The notes: generated from the letters alone by a model not told the origin. Counted from the stretch's first letter, positions 17,227 to 27,003 are shown. The stretch: 64,000 nucleotides of DNA from Vulcanimicrobiota bacterium (GCA_963733295.1 CAVTCS010000003.1:1856001-1920000), one strand, 5' to 3'. A program made the numbers and translations.

Positions 17227-19176
17227 CTATTTTCCGGAAGGACTGTACCACTTGTGTAGCATTTCATTGATGCTCTTGAGGCGCACGGGTTTCGAAAGAT
17301 AATCGTCCATCCCGGCCACAAGACAGGCGTCACGGTCCTCTTTGAAAGCGTTCGCAGTCATCGCGACGATGGGTATATGCCGCGCGCTTCCCTTTTCGGC
17401 GTTACGAATGAGGCGCGTTGCTTCAAAACCATCGACGCTGGGCATCTGACAATCCATAAAGACGAGATCGAAGGTTCCGCGTTCGACAGCCGCAACAGCC
17501 TGCGCGCCATCGCCTACAATCGTCACGCCAACCCCGAGCTGCTCAAACTGATTGATCAAAACTTCATGCATGGCAGTGCTATCTTCGGCGACCAACACGG
17601 TTGGCGGATTCTCCCACGCCGTCTGGCGCTGGGCTCCTTCGTTCCTTTCTTGGCCGGCGCCGTCCACTCGCGAGACGGTCTCAACGATTCGATCAAAGAA
17701 GCGGGAAGCGCGCACGGGTCGGCGGAGCGCCTCATCCGGCCCAATAGTGATAACTCGCCCGGGCTCGAGACCGCATGGCCCGGCGAATGCGTCGCTAAGC
17801 GCTGCAGACCCGTTCCCCGGTACCTCGACGATTGCGATGTAGCTTGCAGCTATGCGCCCCGCATCAAGGATCTTGAGCGCGTCTTCAACGCTCCGTACTT
17901 TGACGCTCGGAATAGCCCAAGAGCTGAGGTAGGACTCCAGTATCTCCGCCAGCATTTCATCTTCGGTCGCGACGAGGGCAGAAATGCCGAAGATGTGCGG
18001 GACGGGTGAGGAACCTGGGGCAACGTCAAAACGCACGGTGAAGCTGAATCGTGAGCCCACGGCGACCTCGCTTGTCACGGCGATCGTTCCGCCCATGAGT
18101 TCCACGAGACGCCTTGAGATCGAGAGACCCAAGCCCGTACCGCCGAACCGGCGCGACGCTGAATCGTCGGCTTGCACAAATGGTTCAAAAAGTTTTGGCA
18201 GGACGTCGCTCGCAATTCCGATGCCTGTGTCATCGATCTCGAAGCGGACAGTCACACTCGAGCCGATGCTCCCCTCAGCCAAGGCGCGAACGACAACTCG
18301 CCCAGCGGTGGTGAATTTTACCGCATTGCCGATCAGGTTGAGCAAAATCTGACGCAGGCGATCCGCATCACCTTCAAGCACGGGCGGAACCGCCGGGTCA
18401 ATGAAGCAGTGAAGCCGCAGTCCCTTTTGACGAGCCGTCTGCGCGAGAACGTCCACCGCACCGCAGACGATACTTTCGAGCTCAAAGCGACGCACGTCCA
18501 GGTGCACCTTGCCGGCTTCGATCTTTGAGAAGTCAAGGATGTTGCTGATGATTCCAAGGAGCGCTTCGGCCGACTCGTTGATCTTTTCCACGTAATTACG
18601 TTGGCGATCCGTCAATTCGTTTCCCGAAAGGAGCTCGGATATGCCGATAATCGCATTGAGCGGGGTGCGTAGCTCATGACTCATCGCCGCGACAAATTGC
18701 GATTTGAGCTGCGATGCATCGAGCGCGCGATCACGGTCCGCTTCGGCATCGATACGGCGCCGTCGCTCGCCAACGGTTTGCAAGCGAAGCTCCTCGGCGC
18801 GTTTTCGTTCGGTGATGTCGATGATCGTCGCAAGAACGAAGTGACCTTGCGACGTGGAAATTGGACTGAGGCCGATTTCAACCGGCATCTCCGTGCCGTC
18901 GCACCGTAGAGCGTAGAGGTCGCGTCCGGCTCCCATCGATCGCGCCGCGGGCGCCGCATCGTAGCTCGCTCGTAAGGCGGGATGTGCGCCGCGAAAGCGC
19001 TCTGGGACCAGGTCTTCGACCGGCATACCCAGCAAATCGGCCCGATCGTAACCGAACAGCCGCTCGACCTGCGCGTTCGAATGAACGATCCGGCCGGCTT
19101 CATCGACCGCAACAATCGCAACGGGAGCTGCATCGAGGAGCAGACTTAGGTGCTCGGGTTGGCCGACAGAGGACAT
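17227..19176 (-). CDS. Cytoplasmic hybrid sensor kinase: PAS (FixL-like)-HisKA-HATPase-degenerate REC-REC
   Basis: MSHELRTPLN, NLIGNAVKFT, DTGIGI, GGTGLGL; C-terminal receiver AED..MDCQMP..TANA..SKPV; no TM and no HPt. Confidence 0.92.
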   Translation of the reverse strand: MSSVGQPEHLSLLLDAAPVAIVAVDEAGRIVHSNAQVERLFGYDRADLLGMPVEDLVPERFRGAHPALRASYDAAPAARSMGAGRDLYALRCDGTEMPVEIGLSPISTSQGHFVLATIIDITERKRAEELRLQTVGERRRRIDAEADRDRALDASQLKSQFVAAMSHELRTPLNAIIGISELLSGNELTDRQRNYVEKINESAEALLGIISNILDFSKIEAGKVHLDVRRFELESIVCGAVDVLAQTARQKGLRLHCFIDPAVPPVLEGDADRLRQILLNLIGNAVKFTTAGRVVVRALAEGSIGSSVTVRFEIDDTGIGIASDVLPKLFEPFVQADDSASRRFGGTGLGLSISRRLVELMGGTIAVTSEVAVGSRFSFTVRFDVAPGSSPVPHIFGISALVATEDEMLAEILESYLSSWAIPSVKVRSVEDALKILDAGRIAASYIAIVEVPGNGSAALSDAFAGPCGLEPGRVITIGPDEALRRPVRASRFFDRIVETVSRVDGAGQERNEGAQRQTAWENPPTVLVAEDSTAMHEVLINQFEQLGVGVTIVGDGAQAVAAVERGTFDLVFMDCQMPSVDGFEATRLIRNAEKGSARHIPIVAMTANAFKEDRDACLVAGMDDYLSKPVRLKSINEMLHKWYSPSGK

Positions 19177-19296
19177 CGCTTCGTTACCCACAGTTCGGCC
19201 GTTCGCGCAATCTGGCTGCAACCTGCCTTTTCACTAAGCTAGCGAGCTGGCCTTGTGATGGAACTGAGGGTGAGTCGGCGCGAGCGGGGATTGCGT

Positions 19297-20496
19297 TTAG
19301 TGCGGTGCCGGCGGGTAGAGCACGAGCGGGAAGGTCAACCAAAGCATGCCCTTCCACTGCGGCCCACCGGTGCCGCCGTATAGCGCCGAGTTTCCACCCA
19401 GATTTGTCTCGAGATAACCGTGAAGGTACGGTGTCCAGGGAAGATTGAAGGACGCGTTGATCGAGTTGCCGTTGATCGTACCGCCTGTAACCGACATGTC
19501 GTTGAAGTCGTGGCGGAACGTGAAGAGCAAATTTCCGCGGAAAACCTCTTCCATGACCTCGGCACTAAAGCCACGGCTGCTCGTCCACGGATATGCAGTG
19601 TTCGTGGCCGGGTTGAGGCCCGGGTTCGTGTCGGTTTGACCCTGGTAGGCGAGAAAGAAACCGGGACGTCCTTGCGGCGTCGGATCGAGCTGCATGTAAC
19701 CCGCCATCGATGAGTAGCTGTCGAGGCCCGTGCTCACCGGCGTACTGCCGACGCTTCCAAACACTCCGAAATCGAAGGGACTTCGCGGCGTCGCGTACGC
19801 GATCTTATACTGGAACGTCTTGTCATTGGGACCGAAGTCGGTGGCACCGTTCAGATCTTCACCGCTCAGCAGATAGGCAGCTTCGACGTCGAGGCCTTTG
19901 TTGATCCAAGCGTACTTCGTTCCCCAACGGTTATCATAGGTTGCGCCCCAGTCGTGTTCACCCACGACCGTACTTGAAGCAAGCGGTCCGTCAAGATCGG
20001 AGTCCTGACTGTAGATCGACGGCGCCGGATTCTCGACTTTGCCGACAAATAAGTGCGAGTTTTCAGACCCGAGATGATTGTACGCGGCCCACATCGTGTC
20101 GACGCCACCCGGCTCGCTGCCTTGCACGACCCAAACCTGCACGTGGTACGTGACATCGGGAAGCGCGTACCCGATCGCGTGGATCGCCAAGTTGCCGAAG
20201 TCGTAGCGCGGCGTCCCCGTGCCCGCGCCGGCCGCCGAGTCGTAGTTCATCGCCTCGTCGATCCAGATCGGAAACGTCTTATCCATCTGATCACGGGGGA
20301 TGGCGGAGTACCCGGTTCGTTGGACGTAGCGTCCGTACGCATTGAGCAGCGGGACCAGGGTGTGGCACGCGCTACATTTGAGGCCGGTGGCTTGGGCGAA
20401 CTCGGGCATCGCCTGGGATTCGCGCGGCGCAATGAAGATGCTCGCCAGCAAGACCAAAAGCGCCGCAGCCATGAGGACAAGCGTTCTTGCGTTCAT
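19297..20496 (-). CDS. cyc2: Cyc2-like outer-membrane monoheme cytochrome c-porin fusion
   Basis: Signal peptide ..ESQA|MPEFAQATGLKCSACHTLVPLLNAYGRY..TGY; the rest is rich in amphipathic strands and ends WKGMLWLTFP. Confidence 0.8.
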   Translation of the reverse strand: MNARTLVLMAAALLVLLASIFIAPRESQAMPEFAQATGLKCSACHTLVPLLNAYGRYVQRTGYSAIPRDQMDKTFPIWIDEAMNYDSAAGAGTGTPRYDFGNLAIHAIGYALPDVTYHVQVWVVQGSEPGGVDTMWAAYNHLGSENSHLFVGKVENPAPSIYSQDSDLDGPLASSTVVGEHDWGATYDNRWGTKYAWINKGLDVEAAYLLSGEDLNGATDFGPNDKTFQYKIAYATPRSPFDFGVFGSVGSTPVSTGLDSYSSMAGYMQLDPTPQGRPGFFLAYQGQTDTNPGLNPATNTAYPWTSSRGFSAEVMEEVFRGNLLFTFRHDFNDMSVTGGTINGNSINASFNLPWTPYLHGYLETNLGGNSALYGGTGGPQWKGMLWLTFPLVLYPPAPH

Positions 20497-20571
20497 AGTG
20501 CTTAACCTAAAGTCCGAATGCGAAGAAGGTGCGAATACGCCCCTTCACATCCGCGAAGAAGCGCGGGTGCG

Positions 20572-21603
20572 TCACTTTATGGCGGCGACGTCTTGCTCGC
20601 TGACCGGGCCGGCGCTGTTGCCCCAAGCGGAGCGAATGTACGTCGCGACGGCCGCGATCTCGGCCGCCGACAACTGCCCTTTCCACGACGGCATCACGTT
20701 CTTGCCGTGAACGATCGTTCCCAGCATCGACGCCGGGTCGGCTGCCGTCACGTGCGCGTTCCCGGCGAGGGCCGGGAAGAGTCCCCCGCCCCCACCCTGG
20801 CCGTTGGCCGAGTGGCAGGTCGCACATCGCTTACCGAAGATCGACGAGCCTACCGCAGTCGCAACCTGCTTTCCGGCGCTTGCGACCTGCGCCTCGGTGA
20901 CGCCCGGAGCGTTGTTACCCCACGAACTGCGAACGAAGGTCGCGACCGCGGCGATATCCGCGTTGGAGAGTTGACCTTTCCAGGTCGGCATCGTCCCATT
21001 GTACGTCTTCCCGTTCACCGTAAGCGGTCCGCTGCGGCCGTTGACGATTATGGCGATCATTGCCTTCGCGTCGGAGGCGACCACTTCGGGGTTTCCCGCG
21101 AGCGGCGGGTATTGTGCAGTTCCCTGTCCTGAGGGTTGATGACATGTCGCGCACTTTTGCGCAAACAGTTGGCCTCCGCTCGACGCGATCGGGGCCCGCG
21201 CAGCGGCGACCTGGTCCTCAGATACGGCGGCGCCTTTGTTGTTCCAGGTACTGCGCACGTACGTCAGTACCGCGGCGATTTCGGCATTCGAAAGCCTGCT
21301 TTCCCAGGCTGGCATCGTGCCGCTATACGTCCTGCCGTTGATCTGGATCGGACCCGTGCGTCCGTGCAAGACCGTGTTGATCAAACTCGCGGTGTCGGCG
21401 GCGCTTAAATCAGAATTGCCGGCGAGCGGCGGGTAAGGTCCGTTCCCCAGGCCGGTTGCCGAATGGCACGCCGAACAGTGCTGCATGAAGATCGCTGCAC
21501 CATTTGATTCTGCAGCCGTTGCGGCTACGACGGCGCGAGGCGACGGCAGAAATGATGCCGCGAACACCGCAAAGGCACAGAGAACAAGTCCGCGCAGAAT
21601 CAT
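20572..21603 (-). CDS. Periplasmic triheme cytochrome c (three tandem class I c552-like domains)
   Basis: Signal peptide; CSACH, CATCH, CATCH, each followed by PxLAGN, MP-x-W and LSxAxIAAVxTYxRSxW. Confidence 0.92.
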   Translation of the reverse strand: MILRGLVLCAFAVFAASFLPSPRAVVAATAAESNGAAIFMQHCSACHSATGLGNGPYPPLAGNSDLSAADTASLINTVLHGRTGPIQINGRTYSGTMPAWESRLSNAEIAAVLTYVRSTWNNKGAAVSEDQVAAARAPIASSGGQLFAQKCATCHQPSGQGTAQYPPLAGNPEVVASDAKAMIAIIVNGRSGPLTVNGKTYNGTMPTWKGQLSNADIAAVATFVRSSWGNNAPGVTEAQVASAGKQVATAVGSSIFGKRCATCHSANGQGGGGGLFPALAGNAHVTAADPASMLGTIVHGKNVMPSWKGQLSAAEIAAVATYIRSAWGNSAGPVSEQDVAAIK

Positions 21604-21829
21604 CGACGACCCCCTCGAAGAGCGGACGTGCCTAAGACGTTATGTTCCTCATCTGCGCATTCCTACGCGACAAAGGCGGTCGAGGCGCGCCGGGAGCGGA
21701 CTCCCGCGAGGCACCGGACGATGCGAAGGGCCGGTGAAGAATGTTGAAGCTTCCCTTCCTACAGCCTGGCTGCGGAAGCGCTACAACTGATCTATGTCGC
21801 TCGCAGCGCCGTCTATACTTGGAGGAACC

Positions 21830-22348
21830 ATGCAAAGTAAGATCCAGCAACGCACGCTCGTGCAATGCCCCGTCGCCCAAGCTTCGAGGCGCCTCTCCGA
21901 CTTTTTCCGCGCCCACGGCAACGCCGACGGCGATACTGCGCAACTCGCGCTGCGCGTGGATGCGCGGATCCCCGGACTGTCGACGCCCGTTCGCCTTGAA
22001 CGCTCGGTCATTGTAACGATTGCGCCACATCGCCGTGAAGGCGCGATGACGCCTGAATACAACGTTGCTTGGGCGCCGACGGAAGAGGGGCCGTTTCCAC
22101 TCTTTGCGGGAACGATACGAGTGGACGCAACCGATGACTACAATTCGTTTTTCTTAGTGCTGGAAGGTTCGTACGAACCCCCGCTCGGCGCCGTCGGCGC
22201 AGCATTCGACGTCCTGATCGGTGCCCGCATCGCGGCCGTCTGCGCGCGCAACCTACTATCGCGCATCGGCGACGAGACCGAAGCGCTCTATTTAGCCGAT
22301 GAGGCGAAGAAAACGGCCTCCCTGCAAGGCCTCGTCCTGCCGGCCTAA
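21830..22348 (+). CDS. Hypothetical protein (SRPBCC-like 'CP...FPxFxG...LEGxYxPPLG' family)
   Basis: GGAGGA RBS before ATG 21830; paralogous to 63392-63913. Confidence 0.75.
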   Translation: MQSKIQQRTLVQCPVAQASRRLSDFFRAHGNADGDTAQLALRVDARIPGLSTPVRLERSVIVTIAPHRREGAMTPEYNVAWAPTEEGPFPLFAGTIRVDATDDYNSFFLVLEGSYEPPLGAVGAAFDVLIGARIAAVCARNLLSRIGDETEALYLADEAKKTASLQGLVLPA

Positions 22349-22362
22349 GCCCGGCTTAGCAC

Positions 22363-23076
22363 CTACGGCACAGGCATCTTATAGCCGACACCGAGGACCG
22401 TCACAATCCGTTGGGGGTGGCTGGGATCGTCCTCAATCTTGCGGCGTAGGTTCGCGATGTGGCGATCGAGCGTGCGATCGAATATTTCACTGTCGGTTCC
22501 GACTTTGTCAAGGAGCTGATCGCGTGAAAGAACGAGCCCCACATTTGTTGTGAACGTGTGCAACAAGCGGTATTCCATCGGCGTCAACGCTACGAGCGCG
22601 CCGTTCAAGCGCACTTCATGTGCTCCCGGATCGATGTGAATTGCGCCGACGCGAAGGACGACGCGATCGGTCGTTTCTCCCTGCTTGGCACTTGATGGGC
22701 CGCGCGCTCGTCGCAAAACCGTCTTCGCTCGCGCAACGACCTCGCGCGGGCTAAAAGGTTTCCCGATGTAGTCGTCCGCCCCGATCTCAAGGCCGACCAC
22801 TCGGTCCACTTCGTCAACCCGCGAGGTCAGCATAATGATCGGAGCGTCGTACACGGCGCGGATGCGGCGAAGTACTTCGCTTCCATGGAGGCCGGGCAGG
22901 TTGAGGTCCAGGACGATTAGGTCGGGTCGCTCGTGAAGCGCAACCTTGACCGCTTCGTTACCTTCGCTCGCCGTAGAAACGACGAAGCCGTCATCGCGCA
23001 GGTATCGTGCGACGACGTCGACGATGGCGGCTTCGTCGTCGACAACGAGGACGCGAGGGGGGCGATCGTGTTCCAT
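22363..23076 (-). CDS. OmpR/BaeR-family response regulator
   Basis: VVDDE, LDLNLP, GADDYIGKPFSPRE, winged helix RTLDRHIANLRRKIE..VTVLGVGY. Confidence 0.93.
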   Translation of the reverse strand: MEHDRPPRVLVVDDEAAIVDVVARYLRDDGFVVSTASEGNEAVKVALHERPDLIVLDLNLPGLHGSEVLRRIRAVYDAPIIMLTSRVDEVDRVVGLEIGADDYIGKPFSPREVVARAKTVLRRARGPSSAKQGETTDRVVLRVGAIHIDPGAHEVRLNGALVALTPMEYRLLHTFTTNVGLVLSRDQLLDKVGTDSEIFDRTLDRHIANLRRKIEDDPSHPQRIVTVLGVGYKMPVP

Positions 23077-23210
23077 ATTAGGTCAAACGCGCTCCGAGGC
23101 ACCCGCGTGTATTCCCTCGTCGGTCGAGGCAACCTGCTCGCTCGGTCTCGCGCTCGCCACGTTATTCGAGGAAGTAGGACTTGGCTTGGATTGTGGTTTA
23201 CCACTCGACG

Positions 23211-23405
23211 ATGAGCGACCGGCCCGATGCGCGCGCGATCGTCCACGACATGCGCAATCAACTTGCAATCGCCGTTGCACACCTTGAGAGTTGGCGCGAT
23301 GGAAAACTTGCGCCAACCCCGCCGCGCATTACCGTCGTTCTCGATGCGCTCGCGCAACTCGATGTGCTAATCGAAATGCTCTACGCGGCACCGCGCAGCG
23401 ATTAG
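23211..23405 (+). CDS. Stand-alone HisKA/DHp (phospho-acceptor) small protein
   Basis: 64 aa: IVHDMRNQLAIAVAHLESWRDGKLAPTP resembles the BaeS-type H-box helix pair; no ATPase domain. Confidence 0.7.
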   Translation: MSDRPDARAIVHDMRNQLAIAVAHLESWRDGKLAPTPPRITVVLDALAQLDVLIEMLYAAPRSD

Positions 23406-24370
23406 GAAGGGACGAGCTGTGGTTGCGCAGCGTGCTTCTGGTGTTCGGTCACGCTGGGAGCTACCATCCGCCTCCGCACAACGGCAACGGGCACCGGAGC
23501 CTCTCGCGCTACCTCCTCGGCCACGCTGCCCAGGAAGAGTCGGCGAATGCCGCGACGGCCATGCGTTCCGATCACGATCAAGCTGGCGCGCTCCGTCCTT
23601 GCGAGTTTGAGAATCTCTTCGACCGGCGCACCCTCGAATAGCCTGACCTCTGTTGCAATGCCGCATGCCGTGGTGCGTTCCGCGGCTGCGGAGAGCAGCT
23701 TACGCGCATCGGCTTTCTCTTCCGCAAATGCGTCCTTGACCGCGTAGCGCTGCGCATTTGCCATTTGGTGAAGCGTTTGCAGATGGAGGACGTGCAGCAA
23801 GACAATCGTCGTCGCCTTCGGGTGCGCGAGAGACAGCGCGAACTCTAAAGCCGCATCTGCCGGATCGGAGTCGTCGATCGCGACCAAAATACGTGAGAGC
23901 GGATCCGCCGGTAGCGCCCTCTCTGCTTGCGAGACGATCAGAACCGGAATATCGGTCCGCCTAAGAACGCCCTCGGCCGTACTTCCGAGGAAGAGCCGGC
24001 TAGCGCCGTGGCGCCCGTGGCTTCCCATCACGATTGCCGAAACCCCGCGCTCGTGCGCAGCCTCTGCGATCGCGCCAGCGGGGGGCCCGGCAAGCTCGAA
24101 ACCGTGAGCCGTGACGCCCAGCGCCTTCGCTTTTTGTTGCGCGGCGTGCACGAGCGCTTTGCACTCGTCTTCGAGCGCGTTAAGAATCGGGGTTAGGTCG
24201 GTCGCGACGTATGGAGACGAGCACTCTGCGATCGTTCCCGTGATATCGACCGCATTGCAGAACGTCAGCTCGGCGCCCTCGCCCTGCGCCAGGCGCAGCG
24301 CGTAGTCGACGGCCGGCGCTGAAGCCTCAGAGCCGTCGATCGGAACCAGAAGATGCTTGAGAATGCTCAT
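23402..24370 (-). CDS. Tandem-domain universal stress protein
   Basis: Two USP domains: LVPIDGS..MGSHGRHG..LFLGSTAE and LVAIDDS..IGTHGRRG..FLGSVAE. Confidence 0.93.
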   Translation of the reverse strand: MSILKHLLVPIDGSEASAPAVDYALRLAQGEGAELTFCNAVDITGTIAECSSPYVATDLTPILNALEDECKALVHAAQQKAKALGVTAHGFELAGPPAGAIAEAAHERGVSAIVMGSHGRHGASRLFLGSTAEGVLRRTDIPVLIVSQAERALPADPLSRILVAIDDSDPADAALEFALSLAHPKATTIVLLHVLHLQTLHQMANAQRYAVKDAFAEEKADARKLLSAAAERTTACGIATEVRLFEGAPVEEILKLARTERASLIVIGTHGRRGIRRLFLGSVAEEVAREAPVPVAVVRRRMVAPSVTEHQKHAAQPQLVPS

Positions 24371-24496
24371 GGGACTACCATAAGTTCCTCTCATGAAGAC
24401 CGGGCGAAGGGGATGCGAAGAGCGTTCATGCGGGACGCGTCGCAGCGTGAGAGGATGGCGCTGTTCAGCACCGTCTCCCAAGAGGATAGCCTTATC

Positions 24497-26896
24497 GTGA
24501 TCGCTCAGCGGAAGCCCACGAACCGCCCCGTCAACGTCAGCGCCACGAGCCTGGATGCATATTGGCGCGCGGCGAATTACCTCGGCGCCGCGCAACTCTA
24601 CCTACGGGACAATGTCCTGTTGGAAGAGCCTCTCTCGCCCGCTCACATCAAGCCGCGAATTCTCGGCCATTGGGGCACGCAGCCCGGAATCAACCTCATC
24701 TATGCGCACCTCAATCGCTTGATCAGCGACACCGGCGCTCAAGCGATGCTCGTCGTCGGGCCGGGCCATGGTGCGCCGGCGGTGCTTGCGAATCTATTCC
24801 TCGAGGGGACGCTCCACAGATTTGAACCGAACTTGACGTCCGATCGCGCAGGTCTGACGGCATTCGTGCGGCGTTTCTCGTGGCCCGAGGGCGCGCCAAG
24901 CCACATCACGGCGGGAACGCCTGGTGCGATTCACGAGGGCGGCGAACTGGGCTACAGTCTCTCACATGCCTTTGGCGCCGCATTCGATCATCCCGAGCTC
25001 ATCGTCGCCTGCATTGTCGGTGACGGAGAAGCGGAAACGGGACCGCTGTCAGCGTCGTGGCAATCGAACAAGTTTCTCAATCCAGCAACGTCGGGCGCGG
25101 TACTACCGATTCTGCACCTCAATGGGGTCAAACTCTCGGCGCCGACGATTATGGGCGCGATGAGCAACACCGAACTCGATCAGTACTTTCGCGGTCTAGG
25201 ATACGAGCCGTATTTCGTTAGCGTCGACGATGACGTCGCTCCGCATGCGGAACTAATTACGACCTTTGACCGGGCATATGCCGCGATCCGTGGGATCCAG
25301 CTGCGTGCTCGCGCCGCCTCGCCCGCCACCGCGCCAAAGTGGCCGATCGTCATATTGCGCAGTCCAAAAGGAATGACGGGCCCCAAGTGGCTCGACGGCG
25401 AGCGAGTCGAGGGCACTTTCCGCTCCCACGGCATTCCGATCGCGGACCCAGCCCAGAATCCGACGCATCTGCAGGCGCTCGAAACCTGGCTCCGGAGCTA
25501 CCGGCCGCACGAACTCTTCGACGACGGAATGCCTCGCCGGTGGGTCGTCGACTCGTTGCCGCCCGTACACCTGCGCATGGGTCGGAATCGCATCGCGAAT
25601 TTGGTCGACCCGATCCGCGAGCTTGCGCTCCCGAAGATCGATTCGTATGCCGTTCCGCTCGATCGGCCGGGCGCTGTGAACGCCGAAGCGACGAGCGTCT
25701 TCGGGACCTACCTGCGCGACGTGATGAAGATGAACGCGGAAGAGGCTAATTTTCGGCTCTTCAGTCCCGATGAGACGAACTCAAACAAACTCGGCGCCGT
25801 CTTCGAGGCGACCGGACGCGCCTTCGTCTGGCCGACGGATGCACCCGACTCAGGCTTTGCGCGCGATGGCCGCGTCATGGAGATCTTGAGCGAGCACACC
25901 TGCCAAGGATGGCTCGAGGGATATCTTCTCTCAGGGCGCCATGGCATCTTCACCTCATACGAAGCGTTCATCACGATCGTCGATTCCATGGCTGCGCAAT
26001 TTGCGAAGTGGCTCAAGATGAGTCGCGAAGTATCGTGGCGCCGGCTTCCCGCTTCACTAAACTATCTACTCACCTCGCATTTATGGCGACAGGACCATAA
26101 TGGCTTCTCCCATCAGAGTCCGGCGTTCATCGATGCACTGCTCAACAAGAAGAGCTCGATCGTACGAATCTATTTCCCGCCCGATGCCAACTCATTGCTT
26201 TCGGTCGGAGAGCACTGCCTGCGAAGCCACGGATACATCAACGTCATCGTCGCGCCAAAAAACCCGACGCCCCAGTGGCTGAGTCTGGAGGCCGCAAGGG
26301 TCCACTGTACGCTTGGTGCCTCGATCTGGCCTTGGGCGAGCAATGATGAATCCGGTGCTCCCCAGGTTGTGTTCGCTGCCGCGGGTGACGTACCGACGGT
26401 CGAGGCGCTTGCAGCCGTGCAGCTGTTGCGCGAGCATACGCCGGAGCTGCGCGTTCGATTTGCCAACGTGGTCGATCTGTTCACGCTCGCCGCTCCACAG
26501 GACCATCCGCATGGCCTCGATGCAACGGCGTTCGAGACCATCTTTACCGCCGATTGCCCCGTCGTCTTCGCGTACCACGGCTATCCGCGCATGGTTCACG
26601 AATTGCTGCATCACCGGCCGGCACCCGAACGATTCCATGTCCGCGGATATGAAGAAGAAGGCACGACGAGCACGCCTTTCGACGTTGTCGTGCGCAATCA
26701 CGCGAGCCGCTACCATCTCGCGATCGAGGCGCTTCGGCGGGCGACGGAGTCGCACCATGCGTCGATTCAGCCCCAGCGCTTCGATCGCGCGATCGCTCAT
26801 TTCGAAGAGATGCTCGCACGACACCGCTCGTACATCGTCGAGCATGGTGTCGATCTGCCGGAGATAGCGCAATGGCGCTGGACGCTCAGCCCGTAA
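24497..26896 (+). CDS. xfp: Xylulose-5-P/fructose-6-P phosphoketolase
   Basis: WRAANYL, LGHWGT, GPGHG, IHEGGELGY, GDGEAETGPL, FSPDETNSNKL, LSEHTCQGWLEGY, WRQDHNGFSHQ; start taken at GTG 24497 after GAGGA. Confidence 0.95.
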   Translation: MIAQRKPTNRPVNVSATSLDAYWRAANYLGAAQLYLRDNVLLEEPLSPAHIKPRILGHWGTQPGINLIYAHLNRLISDTGAQAMLVVGPGHGAPAVLANLFLEGTLHRFEPNLTSDRAGLTAFVRRFSWPEGAPSHITAGTPGAIHEGGELGYSLSHAFGAAFDHPELIVACIVGDGEAETGPLSASWQSNKFLNPATSGAVLPILHLNGVKLSAPTIMGAMSNTELDQYFRGLGYEPYFVSVDDDVAPHAELITTFDRAYAAIRGIQLRARAASPATAPKWPIVILRSPKGMTGPKWLDGERVEGTFRSHGIPIADPAQNPTHLQALETWLRSYRPHELFDDGMPRRWVVDSLPPVHLRMGRNRIANLVDPIRELALPKIDSYAVPLDRPGAVNAEATSVFGTYLRDVMKMNAEEANFRLFSPDETNSNKLGAVFEATGRAFVWPTDAPDSGFARDGRVMEILSEHTCQGWLEGYLLSGRHGIFTSYEAFITIVDSMAAQFAKWLKMSREVSWRRLPASLNYLLTSHLWRQDHNGFSHQSPAFIDALLNKKSSIVRIYFPPDANSLLSVGEHCLRSHGYINVIVAPKNPTPQWLSLEAARVHCTLGASIWPWASNDESGAPQVVFAAAGDVPTVEALAAVQLLREHTPELRVRFANVVDLFTLAAPQDHPHGLDATAFETIFTADCPVVFAYHGYPRMVHELLHHRPAPERFHVRGYEEEGTTSTPFDVVVRNHASRYHLAIEALRRATESHHASIQPQRFDRAIAHFEEMLARHRSYIVEHGVDLPEIAQWRWTLSP

Positions 26897-27003
26897 AGCC
26901 GCCGGGCGGCGAAGGGAATAGCTCGTCGGCGCAAGGTCGCGTCGTGCAAGTTACGACAAGCCGTTTCCCGCTGGAGATTCGCCCCGCATCGCGCAGCGGT
27001 GCG

